A DNA stretch of 64,000 bases from an uncultured delta proteobacterium (GTDB lineage: Bacteria > Desulfobacterota > Binatia > DP-6): positions 608,001 through 672,000 of the forward strand of contig CAWFFN010000012.1 of assembly GCA_963815115.1 (NCBI GenBank). Reading direction: 5' to 3'. This document shows positions 9,101-17,825 of this stretch, one piece after another. A model generated the notes under the pieces. That model was not told where the DNA came from and did no database searches. It saw nothing but the letters and a program-made list of their open reading frames with translations. Both the position numbers and the translations under genes were made by a program. Every line of letters begins with the position of its first letter. The first letter of the stretch is position 1.

Positions 9101-9913
9101 GTCGTCACGGCGGCGGCGGGCGGCGAGTGGATCGCGCTGCCGCTGGCGAGCCCCGTGACGCTCGCGCCGGGGACGTACTGGCTCGGCCTGCTCACCGGCG
9201 ACACGAGCCAGGCGACGGTGCACTTCCTCGGCACCACGCCGGGGCTGAAGGTGCATGCGTGGGATGCGTACGTCAACGGACCTACCGATCCCGCGCCCGC
9301 GGCCACGGTCGATGCGGGACCGATGTCGGTCTACGCCGAGTACACGCCGACGGCGGCCACGACCACCACCGTCCCGGTTACGACCACCACCGCACCGCCC
9401 ACGACCACGACGACGTCGACGGTGTCCGCGACCTCGACGACGCTGCCCCGCTTCGGCAACGCCACGATCGGCAGCGCGACCAGCATCAACACGGCGGACT
9501 ACCAGCGCGCGTCGCCCTTCGCGCTCGGCGAGAGCGGGACGGTGACGCGCCTGGTGATCTACCTCGCGAGCCCGACCGGCGACGCGCAGCGGGTACGGCC
9601 GGTGATCTATCGCGACGCCGCGGGGAGTCCGGGGGCGCTCGCGGCCACCGGCCCGGAGCGGGTGGTGACGGCGGCGGCGGACGGCGAGTGGATCGGGCTG
9701 CCGCTGGCGAGCCCCGTGAGCCTCCCGGCGGGGATATACTGGCTCGGCCTGCTCACCGGCGACACGAGTCAGGCGACGGTGCACTTCCTCGGCACCACGC
9801 CGGGCCTGAAGGTCCACGCGTGGGATGCATACGTCAACGGACCAGCCGATCCCGCGCCCGCAGCGACGATCGACGCCGGGCCGATGTCGGTCTTCGCCGA
9901 ATACACGCGGTAG
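6134..9913 (+). CDS. Secreted PQQ-dependent glucose/sorbosone dehydrogenase (GSDH) family protein with PKD/Ig-like domains and three C-terminal repeats
   Basis: Signal peptide (likely ATG 6134). GSDH motifs ERGLLG, NHNGGWLDFGPLDGKLYVSTGD, GKILRLNPDG, YALGFRNPWR, GGNYGWP. PKD motif FLWNFGDG. Thr-rich linkers separate three ~155-aa repeats. Confidence 0.9.
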   Translation: MHRERLILHLRSLLLAALLPVGLVSPLYAAVPAGFQDTTIASGLSQPAGMAFAPDGRLFVVEKTGDLRIVKNGALLATPFLDVTQVAQFDDFSERGLLGVAFDPGFPASPFVYVYYTVCKVPGSGSCQTAKNRVARFTAGYQGNPDRADPTSQVVLLDDIDSDAGNHNGGWLDFGPLDGKLYVSTGDGGSVHTKSQDVSSLSGKILRLNPDGTVPFDNPFVGLFGARPEVYALGFRNPWRCRFHPDGRLFCGDVGENTWEEIDWVVPGGNYGWPTTEGDFNPATYPEFVRPIATYSHASVGGGASITGGDFGSETNFPGDYQQSYFFGDYVVGFIRRVILGADGVSVIGSAAGFATVQGVTDLIAGPDGALYYCDLLGGGIHRIATTGSNRPPVARATATPSQGPPPLTVQFSSAGSTDADGDPISFLWNFGDGTPTSTATAPTHTYGALGEYTATLTVSDGRTPTPGTDTTTLPITVGTPPVVTITQPAPSSPFQGGQTITIAGTATDAEDGVLPASALVWEVRFQHDTHWHPYLSDVAGSPQSFVTATTGETSANVWYRIFLRATDSAGLTGETFVDILPRTATVRLDTTPSGLQLTLDGQPVTAPAQFTGVVGVVRTIGASSPQGQYTFNRWSDGGVQVHTISTPASNTTYTAIFNGPTTTTVATTSTTRPPTTTTSTSTSTSTVPATSTTSTGAPTTTTTLVPRFGNATVGSATSINTADYERASPFTLGESGTVTRLVIYLASPAGGTQRMQPVIYRDAAGSPGALAATGPERVVTAAPGGEWIGLPLASPVTLAPGTYWLGLLTGDTSQATVHFLDTTPGLKVHAWDAYSNGPADPAPAGTVAAGPMSVYAEYSPTAATTTTAPPTTTTTSTTPATTSTTTPPTTTTSTTTSTVPTTSTTGTTAPTTTTTLPRFGNVAVGSATSINTADYERMSPFALGESGTVTRLVVYLASPAGGTQRMRPVIYRDAAGSPGALAATGPERVVTAAAGGEWIALPLASPVTLAPGTYWLGLLTGDTSQATVHFLGTTPGLKVHAWDAYVNGPTDPAPAATVDAGPMSVYAEYTPTAATTTTVPVTTTTAPPTTTTTSTVSATSTTLPRFGNATIGSATSINTADYQRASPFALGESGTVTRLVIYLASPTGDAQRVRPVIYRDAAGSPGALAATGPERVVTAAADGEWIGLPLASPVSLPAGIYWLGLLTGDTSQATVHFLGTTPGLKVHAWDAYVNGPADPAPAATIDAGPMSVFAEYTR
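8252..9910 (+). repeat. Three intragenic ~465-bp direct repeats (start at 8252, 8885, 9446)
   Basis: Each encodes PRFGN..GSATSINTADY.R.SPF.LGESGTVTRLV.YLASP...YWLGLLTGDTSQATVHFL...GPMSV.AEY and is visibly near-identical at the DNA level. Confidence 0.95.
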
Positions 9914-9948
9914 ACCCTCGCGGCTGCCGCCGCGCTCCCGCCCCGACG

Positions 9949-10749
9949 CTAGGCGCCGGTGCGCTCCTTGAAGAACTCGATCACGCGCTGCTCGGCCCGC
10001 TTGGTAGGCCCCTCGGGATCGTCGTCCTTGAGATGGATGGTCAGCACCGAATGCGGCCTCATCCGTGGATCGTGCCTGGCGTCCGCCGGGTCGATCTCGA
10101 TGGCCTCGAAGCGCTCGCCGAAGGTGCGCTTGTAGGTGTCGAACCGCGCGCCGGGAACGGCGGCGTCTCCGTGGAAGCGGAGGCCGAGCAGGGACAGGTC
10201 CTCTGACTCGAAGCGCCGCTTCGCGCACGCGATCTCGTCGGGTGAGACGGCGATCGCCGGCTTGCGCCGGGCGCCGAGGGGGAGCGGCAGCGACGGCTGC
10301 GACAGCACGGGAGCGACCACCGCCGGCTCGGTCATCATGGCGAGCGCGAAGTTGCCCGTGAAGCACATGCCGACCGCGCCCACCCCCTTGCCGCCGCACT
10401 CGGCGTGGACCTTGCGGGCCAGGGCGCGCAGCCAGTCGACGATGGGGCTCGACTCGTCGGTCGCCCAGGCCCTGAACTCCCGGCTGATGCAGAGGGTCTT
10501 CAGTATCGTGCCGAGCACGTACCCCGTCGTGACCTCACGACCCGGCTCGCCGAAGAGGCTCGGACAGAACGCCGTCATGCCCGCCGCCGCCACCCGGTCG
10601 GCGAAGCGGACCACCAGCGGATGCAGCCCCGGCATCTCGTGGATGATGATCACCCCTGGACCCGTTCCCCTGCGGTAGACCGGCCGCGTCCAGCGGCCGT
10701 CGTCGAACGTGAACTTCTCGTACTCGGCGAGTGCACCTTCGCTCTTCAT
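9949..10749 (-). CDS. Dienelactone hydrolase family protein
   Basis: IIIHEMPG, nucleophile motif GMCFTG and HSVLT. Start placed at ATG 10749; the longer ORF-track start runs into the repeat element. Confidence 0.9.
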   Translation of the reverse strand: MKSEGALAEYEKFTFDDGRWTRPVYRRGTGPGVIIIHEMPGLHPLVVRFADRVAAAGMTAFCPSLFGEPGREVTTGYVLGTILKTLCISREFRAWATDESSPIVDWLRALARKVHAECGGKGVGAVGMCFTGNFALAMMTEPAVVAPVLSQPSLPLPLGARRKPAIAVSPDEIACAKRRFESEDLSLLGLRFHGDAAVPGARFDTYKRTFGERFEAIEIDPADARHDPRMRPHSVLTIHLKDDDPEGPTKRAEQRVIEFFKERTGA

Positions 10750-10801
10750 GGCGGTCCACCTCCCGGATCGACCCTGAGGGCGCCCCGTACCGCCGGAGCG
10801 C

Positions 10802-11106
10802 CTAGGAGGGCGACCCGAGACTTCGTCTCGGGTCGAAAGCGGAGGCGAGCGTGTGGCGTTCGGCGAATCGAGCGGGCGCCGTGCCGCGGCCGGCAAAGCC
10901 GGCGCGGCAAAACGTGGCATGCCCAAAGGCTCCGTCCCAATCCGTCCTCCGCCGACCCGAAGCATGCTGTTCCAGCTACGGGCTCGTCCTCCGGAAGGCT
11001 TGCCGCGGCGGCTTCGCCGCTCGGGGCACGACGAACGCACTGTTCATCGAGTCTGATTCTCGCCCTCCGTCTCGACCCGAGACGAGGTCTCGGGTCGCTC
11101 TCCTAG
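10802..11106. mobile_element. Non-autonomous palindromic element (MITE/REPIN-like), copy 1
   Basis: About 35-bp terminal inverted repeats CTAGGAG(G/A)GCGACCCGAGAC(T/C)TCGTCTCGGGTCGA, CTAG at both ends, and an 11-bp hairpin within each end. A homologous copy lies at 46589..46886. Confidence 0.75.
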
Positions 11107-11226
11107 CCCGCCGCCGGCGGGAGACGCAAGCAGGCCGATCCCCGGCCACCTCGCGGGCCTGCTGGGCGAGCAACGAACAATGTTCGACCCCTTTGAACAC
11201 CTCCCGGGCAAAGGGAGGACGCGACC

Positions 11227-14200
11227 ATGTCGTCGATCCGAACGTTCCGTAGCCTCGTGTCGCCTGTCATCGCGATGGCCGTGCTGGGCACGCCTGCTCG
11301 GGGGCATGGAAGAGCCGTCGTCTTCCCGCCCTGTCCCGCCGGGCGGTACCAGGTCGCGGGACCGGCGCTGGTCCCGGGTGGCGCGGCCGACGGGATGGAC
11401 GCGGTCGTGCTCGAGACGCCGGGCGACGGGGAGGGAACCGGCCCGCAGATCGCGATCGCCAGCGGCTGCCCCGACACCCCGGTCAGGCTCCGGGGGACGG
11501 TGAAGGGGACACGGCTCAGCGCCGTCTTCGCCTCGTGTCGTTCCCTCGGCAGTCGCGTGCGAGTGAGCGGGAAAACGGATGCCTCCTGCCAGACGCTCAC
11601 GGGAAAACTGAAGGCCAAGCGCCAGAAGACGCGCGCCTTCACCGCGACGCGCGTCGTCGGATTCGACGCCCGGGTCGTGGGCACGGTCTCCGCCGTCCAG
11701 GGGACGGCCTCGGTCCCGCTTCCGGGCGCCACCGTCTACCTCCGGGAGCACACGACGCACGCCCGCAACCCGCTCGGCGCCGTCACCGACGCCGGCGGCC
11801 GGTTCAGCCTGCCTCCGCAGCCGCCCGGCACCTACGACGCATGCGCCGAGGCGGCCGGGTTCGTTCCCACCTGCGACCCGACGCCCGTCGAGCTCGGGCC
11901 GGGTTCACCCGACTACAAGCATCGCGCGCTCCAGCTCCCGCCCGCCAGCGGCGCGATCCACGGCCACGTGCTGCTCGGCGATGGCAGCGCCTGCTACCGG
12001 GAGAACCCGGGCTACGACTCGCACGTCGCGGCCACGGTGAGACTCGGCTCTCGCGTCGTGACGGCGAACAGCAGCGGCGAATACGTCCTGACGGGCCTCC
12101 CCGGCGCCGGTGTCTACCTCATCGACGCGGCGTGCGCCGCGGCGTACGCCGCTCGCAGCGTCGAGGTCGGCGCCGGCCAGCTCTCGGGCGCGGTGCCGGT
12201 CGATTTCCGCATCGCGAACACACCGCCGACCATCATGCTGCTCTCGGCCAGCGACGCGAGCGGGCCGCTGCGCACCGGCATGCCGGGCGAGACCGTCACC
12301 GTCACCGTGCAGGCGACCGACCCCGACGGCGATGCGCTGCACTACGCGTGGCGCGACGGCAACGATCTCGTCGACTCGATCGACGGGCCGACCATCGCCT
12401 GGCCGCTGCTCGGCGTCGAGGCCGCCAATACCCTCAACGTGCAGGTGACGGACGGCAAGGGCGGCTTCGCCGAGCGCCAGCTCGTCGTGGGAACGAGCCC
12501 GACGGGCGACCGCTTCATCGGGACCGTCGTGGACGGCGCGACGGGCGCCGTGCTGCCGGGCGTGCAGGTGGACGTCGACGGGAGCGGCGCGACCACCGAC
12601 GAGGCCGGCGCGTTCCGCATCGCGGTGACCGAGGGCGAGCGCCACCTGCTCACGGTGCGCCACCCGGGCTACGCGCTGATCTCGCAGGTCCACCACGGCA
12701 ACGCGATCGGGCTCCGGCTTGGCCTCAGCCCCGCGAGGCGGACGCTCGTCGACCCGACGCAGGACATCGACCTCGCCGACGGCCGCAAGGGCGCGACCGT
12801 TCACATCGACGCCAACTCCCTGGTCGACGCGAAGGGCCGGAAGCCCGGCGGGCCGCTCACCATCGATCTCTCGACCTACGACCCGCTGCGGGGCGACGTC
12901 CCCGGCGACCGCGGCGCGCTCGACGCCGGCAGCCAGGTCATGATGGTCCATCACGTGCAGGCCATGTCCGTCGAGATCACCGACGCCGCCGGCGAGCGCT
13001 ACAACATCGCGCCCGGACATCGCGCGACGGTCGGCTTCCAGGCGCCGACCATCGCGTCGCTGCCGCGCACGCTCACGCTCTCGCACTACGACGAGGCGAG
13101 CGGCCAGTGGGCCGAGGCGGGCCAGGCGAGCCGGCGCGGCGCGCGCTACCTGGCGTCGGTGCCCAGCTTCTCGTCCTGGGATCTCGGCAAGTACGCCGGC
13201 AACGACACGGGGTGCATCCGTCTCTTCGCGGACGACACCGAGTTCGAGCGGCCGTTCCACCTGCGCGTCGGCATCAGGCCCGACCAGGTTCACGAGGAGA
13301 TCGTCGGCGACTACACGGTCACGGACCCGCTCAACGTCATCTACGGGCTGCCGGTGAACACCGAGGTCGTGCTCCACGTGAGCCCGCAGAGCGATCCGGA
13401 GCACGAGATCCAGGTCCTCACGACCAACTCCGGCCCGCTCGCCTTCCAGTCGCTTCCGCCATATCCCTACGCGGGCTGCTTCCCGGTCCAGCTGAAGACG
13501 TTCCTGCCGACGGACACCTGGCTCAACCGCTACGGCTTCGGCAGCGATGCGGATGCGGAGAAGTACTACGCGGAGATCGGTGCGCGTCCCGACAAGGACA
13601 CGTTCAAGAAGTGGCGCGCCGCGAACGGCTTCCAGCCCGGCGACTCGACCACCGACGTCGTCTTCTTCAACCCCAACGAGATCGGGCTCGGCCGGCGCGC
13701 GAACTGCCATCAGACGCTGGCGGGCGGCGTGGTGTTCTACGTCGCCTGCTACGTCACCAAGTTCGGCCACGTCGGTGGCGCACCGGACGAGATGCTGGAC
13801 GACACCGCGGACTCCCTGAACCCCGGCGATACGGTCGCGATGGAGTTCAGCCCCGGGCCGAACGCGGGCCCGCGCTTCGCCAAGTTCTACGTCTACGGTC
13901 CGGACGGCAAGCTGAAGACCCACACTGCCTTCGATCCCGAGGGGGACATCAAGCACGTGCCCAACGTCTGCCTGCACTGCCATGGCGCGTCGGATCTCGG
14001 TGGCGGCGGCAACTACGACCACAACGGCGACCGCAACGCGCGGTTCGTCACGCTGGATCCACAGGCCTACAAGTTCCCGGCGTCGGGACCATACACCCTG
14101 GACAACCAGCAGGAGCGCTTCCGCGAGCTGAACGCCATGATCTCGTACGCGCACCGCCACGACGGGCCGGGATGGGAACTCATGGACTCGCTCTACCCGC

Positions 14201-15387
14201 AGGACGTCCACACCCCCGGCTCGAAGGCCGTCCCTGCGCCGCTGCCTGCGGCCTGGGCGGGCTATGACGACATCTACTTCAAGGTCGTCAAGCCGAGCTG
14301 CCGCACGTGTCACATGTACCAGGGAAACACCTGGAACTTCACCCAGCCGCTCGAGTTCGGCACCCTTCTCGGCGTGCAGGAGGTGTGCCAGGGGCAGATG
14401 CCGAACGCGCTCTCGCCGATGCTGCGGCTCTGGCGCACCTCGGACCCGCACCTCCCCGATCTCTTCGCCAACACGGTCGGCGGCTTCCACCCCTTCTGCG
14501 GCGTCGAGAACACGCTGCCCGCCGTCCAGATCGTCACGCCCGCCAACAACGCCAGCGTCGCCTACGGCGGTCTCGGCATGGTGCACTTCGAGGCCACCGC
14601 GAGCGACGCCGAGGACGGGCCGAGCTGCTGCAGCATCAAGTGGTCGACCGACGAGGGCGCGATGGGCTACGGCCGCGCGATCGACTACGTCTTCGCGACG
14701 CCCGGTGATCACATCGTGACGGTGTGGGCGACCGACAAGGACGGCGGGCGGCGCTCGGCGGCGATCCTGGTCACCGCCGGCAACGACCCGCCGACGATGA
14801 GCATCATCAAGCCCACGGCAGGGCAGCTCCTCTTCCCCAACGTGACGTACACGTTCTTCGGCTCGTCGTCCGACCTGAACGAGCCCTATTTGAACCTGCC
14901 GTGCAAGAACCTCCTCTGGATCAGCAGCAAGCAGGGCGATCCCGCCGGCTCGGGCTGCCAGCCGCAGTTCACCTTCAGCACCCTGGGCCCGCGTACGATC
15001 ACCCTCTACGGCATGGACTCGGACGGGGCCATCGGCACGGCGACGCAGACCTTCACGGTCGGGGTGCCGCCGGCGAACTCTCCGCCGATCGTCGTCATCA
15101 ACCAGCCCGGCGACGGGGACGTCGTCCAGCCGGACGACCTGGTGACGCTGTCGGGGAGCGCGATCGATCCCGACGGCCAGGTGACGCCGACCGTGGCGTG
15201 GACGGCGAAGATCGGTGCGGCGCCCGAGGTGCCGCTCGGCAACACGCCGGCCATCTCGTGGACGCCGAGCGATCAGGTGCCGAACGCGTGCAGCTTCGTT
15301 CAGGTCGTGCTCCGGCTCTACGCGACCGATCCGGACGGGACCAGCTCCGACGCGATCACGGTGTCGGTGCAGTATCCCGCCTGCTGA
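11227..15387 (+). CDS. Large secreted protein: carboxypeptidase-regulatory-like/Ig domains, diheme c-type cytochrome region, PKD-like C-terminal repeats (1386 aa)
   Basis: GGGAGG RBS, signal peptide, TDAGGRF and TDEAGAF beta-sandwich motifs. CxxCH twice (CLHCH at 13969..13983, CRTCH at 14299..14313) and three P.V.I..P Ig-like repeats. Confidence 0.85.
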   Translation: MSSIRTFRSLVSPVIAMAVLGTPARGHGRAVVFPPCPAGRYQVAGPALVPGGAADGMDAVVLETPGDGEGTGPQIAIASGCPDTPVRLRGTVKGTRLSAVFASCRSLGSRVRVSGKTDASCQTLTGKLKAKRQKTRAFTATRVVGFDARVVGTVSAVQGTASVPLPGATVYLREHTTHARNPLGAVTDAGGRFSLPPQPPGTYDACAEAAGFVPTCDPTPVELGPGSPDYKHRALQLPPASGAIHGHVLLGDGSACYRENPGYDSHVAATVRLGSRVVTANSSGEYVLTGLPGAGVYLIDAACAAAYAARSVEVGAGQLSGAVPVDFRIANTPPTIMLLSASDASGPLRTGMPGETVTVTVQATDPDGDALHYAWRDGNDLVDSIDGPTIAWPLLGVEAANTLNVQVTDGKGGFAERQLVVGTSPTGDRFIGTVVDGATGAVLPGVQVDVDGSGATTDEAGAFRIAVTEGERHLLTVRHPGYALISQVHHGNAIGLRLGLSPARRTLVDPTQDIDLADGRKGATVHIDANSLVDAKGRKPGGPLTIDLSTYDPLRGDVPGDRGALDAGSQVMMVHHVQAMSVEITDAAGERYNIAPGHRATVGFQAPTIASLPRTLTLSHYDEASGQWAEAGQASRRGARYLASVPSFSSWDLGKYAGNDTGCIRLFADDTEFERPFHLRVGIRPDQVHEEIVGDYTVTDPLNVIYGLPVNTEVVLHVSPQSDPEHEIQVLTTNSGPLAFQSLPPYPYAGCFPVQLKTFLPTDTWLNRYGFGSDADAEKYYAEIGARPDKDTFKKWRAANGFQPGDSTTDVVFFNPNEIGLGRRANCHQTLAGGVVFYVACYVTKFGHVGGAPDEMLDDTADSLNPGDTVAMEFSPGPNAGPRFAKFYVYGPDGKLKTHTAFDPEGDIKHVPNVCLHCHGASDLGGGGNYDHNGDRNARFVTLDPQAYKFPASGPYTLDNQQERFRELNAMISYAHRHDGPGWELMDSLYPQDVHTPGSKAVPAPLPAAWAGYDDIYFKVVKPSCRTCHMYQGNTWNFTQPLEFGTLLGVQEVCQGQMPNALSPMLRLWRTSDPHLPDLFANTVGGFHPFCGVENTLPAVQIVTPANNASVAYGGLGMVHFEATASDAEDGPSCCSIKWSTDEGAMGYGRAIDYVFATPGDHIVTVWATDKDGGRRSAAILVTAGNDPPTMSIIKPTAGQLLFPNVTYTFFGSSSDLNEPYLNLPCKNLLWISSKQGDPAGSGCQPQFTFSTLGPRTITLYGMDSDGAIGTATQTFTVGVPPANSPPIVVINQPGDGDVVQPDDLVTLSGSAIDPDGQVTPTVAWTAKIGAAPEVPLGNTPAISWTPSDQVPNACSFVQVVLRLYATDPDGTSSDAITVSVQYPAC

Positions 15388-15399
15388 CCGGCGGGTCGT

Positions 15400-16245
15400 T
15401 CACTTCGCCGGCGCGGGCTGTTCTCCGGGTACCGACACGCTCCCGAGGTGGATGTCCAGGTCACCGCGCGGCGCGGAGACCTCGAGCCGCACCGGAACCG
15501 GTGCCAGCCCGGGCCGGACCGGCATCAGCCAGGCGGTGATCCGGGTGAGCGCCTCGGTTCGCTCGTCCTTCGACTTCCAGAAGCCGGCGATGGCCCGGAT
15601 GTGGGACCGGCACACCCGCGCCAGGCCCCGGAAGGGGTCGCGGCGCGATGGCTCGAGGGTCCGCTCGCCGAGGTCCTCGTACACCGTGTCGTAGCGCCTG
15701 AGTCCGTCGAACACGTGCCGCGTGCCCGTGCAGCTCTCACCGTGCGCCAGATCGTGGGCCAGCGCGGTGATCTCGGTGAGGGGGTCGATCGTCCCGGCGC
15801 GCAGCTCGGGCGGTACCTCGTCGCGCTGGTAGCCCTTGCCGAGGACGTCGTTCGAGAACGCTTCGAGCCTGTCGACGACGGGGTCGGCGCCGTCGTAGCG
15901 CAGGTCGACCTGCTGCACCCGTCCGTGGAACTCGCTCCGGCTCTGGAAGCGGTCGGGGGCGAGGCGGCCATCGTCGATCCGGCCCTGCACCTCGGAGCGG
16001 TAGGTCCAGGGAAAGAGGGTGCCGATGAGGCCCACCGTCTCCATCGTGGAGTGGACGTCGTAGGCATCCCGGTCGATGCGCGAGCGTGACTCGATCGTGA
16101 GCACCCGGAGCAGCGAGTAGTAGACGTCGTAGCGGAGATCGAGATCGCTCTCGCTCGCCGCGCCGGCGGCTCCGCCTCTCCCCAGCACCAGCAGCGCCAG
16201 GACGATGGTGGCGATCCCCCGCGTCTTCACCCGGCGCGCCTGCAT
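15400..16245 (-). CDS. DUF3108 family exported protein
   Basis: Signal peptide after ATG 16245. LRYDVY, GTIDPLT, VFDGLRRYD and PVPVRLEV pattern typical of DUF3108. Confidence 0.75.
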   Translation of the reverse strand: MQARRVKTRGIATIVLALLVLGRGGAAGAASESDLDLRYDVYYSLLRVLTIESRSRIDRDAYDVHSTMETVGLIGTLFPWTYRSEVQGRIDDGRLAPDRFQSRSEFHGRVQQVDLRYDGADPVVDRLEAFSNDVLGKGYQRDEVPPELRAGTIDPLTEITALAHDLAHGESCTGTRHVFDGLRRYDTVYEDLGERTLEPSRRDPFRGLARVCRSHIRAIAGFWKSKDERTEALTRITAWLMPVRPGLAPVPVRLEVSAPRGDLDIHLGSVSVPGEQPAPAK

Positions 16246-16468
16246 CCCGGTGCCGAGTCTTCCCGGCCCGGGGCAGGCTGGCAACCCTCGATGTGCCCCG
16301 CCGGGGTGAAGGGCGGTGGCCGACCCTCGCAGAGGCCTGGGTGCGGCGCCTGCCGTCGGAACGAAGTTCCCCATCGCATGAAGATGGGATGGCCGGCCGC
16401 TTCGGCTGGATGGTAGCACCCAGAATCGTCGTCAGGGAGGGCCCTCGGCCCCGGGAGGTCTCAATTCA

Positions 16469-17825
16469 ATGGACTCGTGGAAGCATCGTTCGGTTTTCTG
16501 GATCGGCGGCACGCTGCTCGCGCTCTCGGCAGCTCCGGCCATGGCAGGCATCGCCGGTACCGGCACGGCGAAGGTGGACGTCAACTTCATCACGCAGAAG
16601 CTCGGGGTCACCGCGACCTTCGCGGACCAGGGCGGTGACATCCCGGGCGTGAATCTGGGAACGCTCGCGCCCTTCATGGCCACCGGCGTGAAGCTCACCG
16701 ACGTGGACGTGCTCACGGGAGGATCGTTCGTCGTGCCGTTCACGAACGGCACGAGCGGCTTCGAGGCGGACGGCGACGCCGCCTGCCCCGCCGCCGGCTG
16801 CGCGACCATTCCGGGCAAATTCGCCTTCGTCGGCGGCCTCAACCAGGCAAACCTCGACGTCGGCCTCCTGCCCTCCGACAAGATCTACACCTTCGACGGC
16901 TCGGTCGACTGCACCGGCAACCCCTTCGCGGGCGTCAGCTGCACGGGACCCTTCGCGCTCAACTTCTTCGAGCCGAGCGATTTCCCGGCAGGCGCCCGGG
17001 TGGTGATCCCCGGCTCGGCGACCTACTTCGATCCGCTGCTCGGCGTGACTCGCCAGCTCGACACCCGCGTGACGCTGACCAACGCCTCGGCGGGCACGCT
17101 CGACGTGACGGCCTTCTCGCGCCGGCGTGGCGCGATCCCGCCTCCGTACCTGACCAGCACGGACGGCTTCAACGCCATCTACTTCGACGTTGCCACCGGA
17201 GCCATCTTCACCGACGCGGAGATCTGCGTGGTGGTGGACGCCGACCATGACGGCATCGTGGACGGCACCCAGACCGCCGTCAGCCGGCTCGAGGGCCTGC
17301 ACTTCGTCGGCAAGGCGTTCGTGCTCGAGACCATTCGCATCGACGACATCTACGCCTGTCTCACGGTGAACTCGCTGTCCCCGTTCGCGCTGGTCGCGAG
17401 CCCGCCGCCGGCCACGGTCAACGACCACGACCACCCTGCCGTCGTCCGGTCCCACCACGACGACCCCCACGTCGCCCGGTGCGGGAGGGACGACGACCAC
17501 CACCATTCCCGCGTGCACGACGGCGCGAGATTGTCTCGGCCGCCTGAAGGCCAGCGTGGACTGCCCGGAGGGCCTCGATCCCAAGCTCGGCTCGTTCATC
17601 GACAAGAAGATCGGCGCAGCGTCGGCGCGGCTCGCGAAGGCCGAGGCCAAGCCCACCAAGGCGGCGAAATTCGGCAGGCAGGCTCGCATCCTGGTGACGG
17701 CCATCGATCGCAAGGCCGCGGTGCTGCTCAAGCGAAAGAAGAAGCCGATCTCCGCCGAGTGCCGGGCGAGCATCGGCGAAGCGGTCGCCCCCGTTCTCCA
17801 AGCGATCGGCGCCGGCCAGCTCTAG
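16469..17825 (+). CDS. Secreted hypothetical protein with Thr linker and Lys-rich helical C-domain; +1 frameshift near 17417
   Basis: GGGAGG RBS and signal peptide. The sensible reading continues in the next frame as ATSTTTTTLP...CTTARDCLGRLKASVDCPEG...GAGQL* (joins ORF 17556..17825). The span is 3n+1. Confidence 0.75.

Noticed and set aside
10853-11056. Small ORF MAFGESSGRRAAAGKAGAAKRGMP shared with the ORF starting at 46840
   Set aside because: The identity comes from the repeat element; the frames diverge afterwards and there is no RBS or coding signal.
11174-11186. CGAACA-A-TGTTCG as a LexA (SOS) box
   Set aside because: The spacer is GAAC-N3-GTTC rather than N4 and the downstream gene is not a repair gene. 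It may be another operator, but one instance is not enough.
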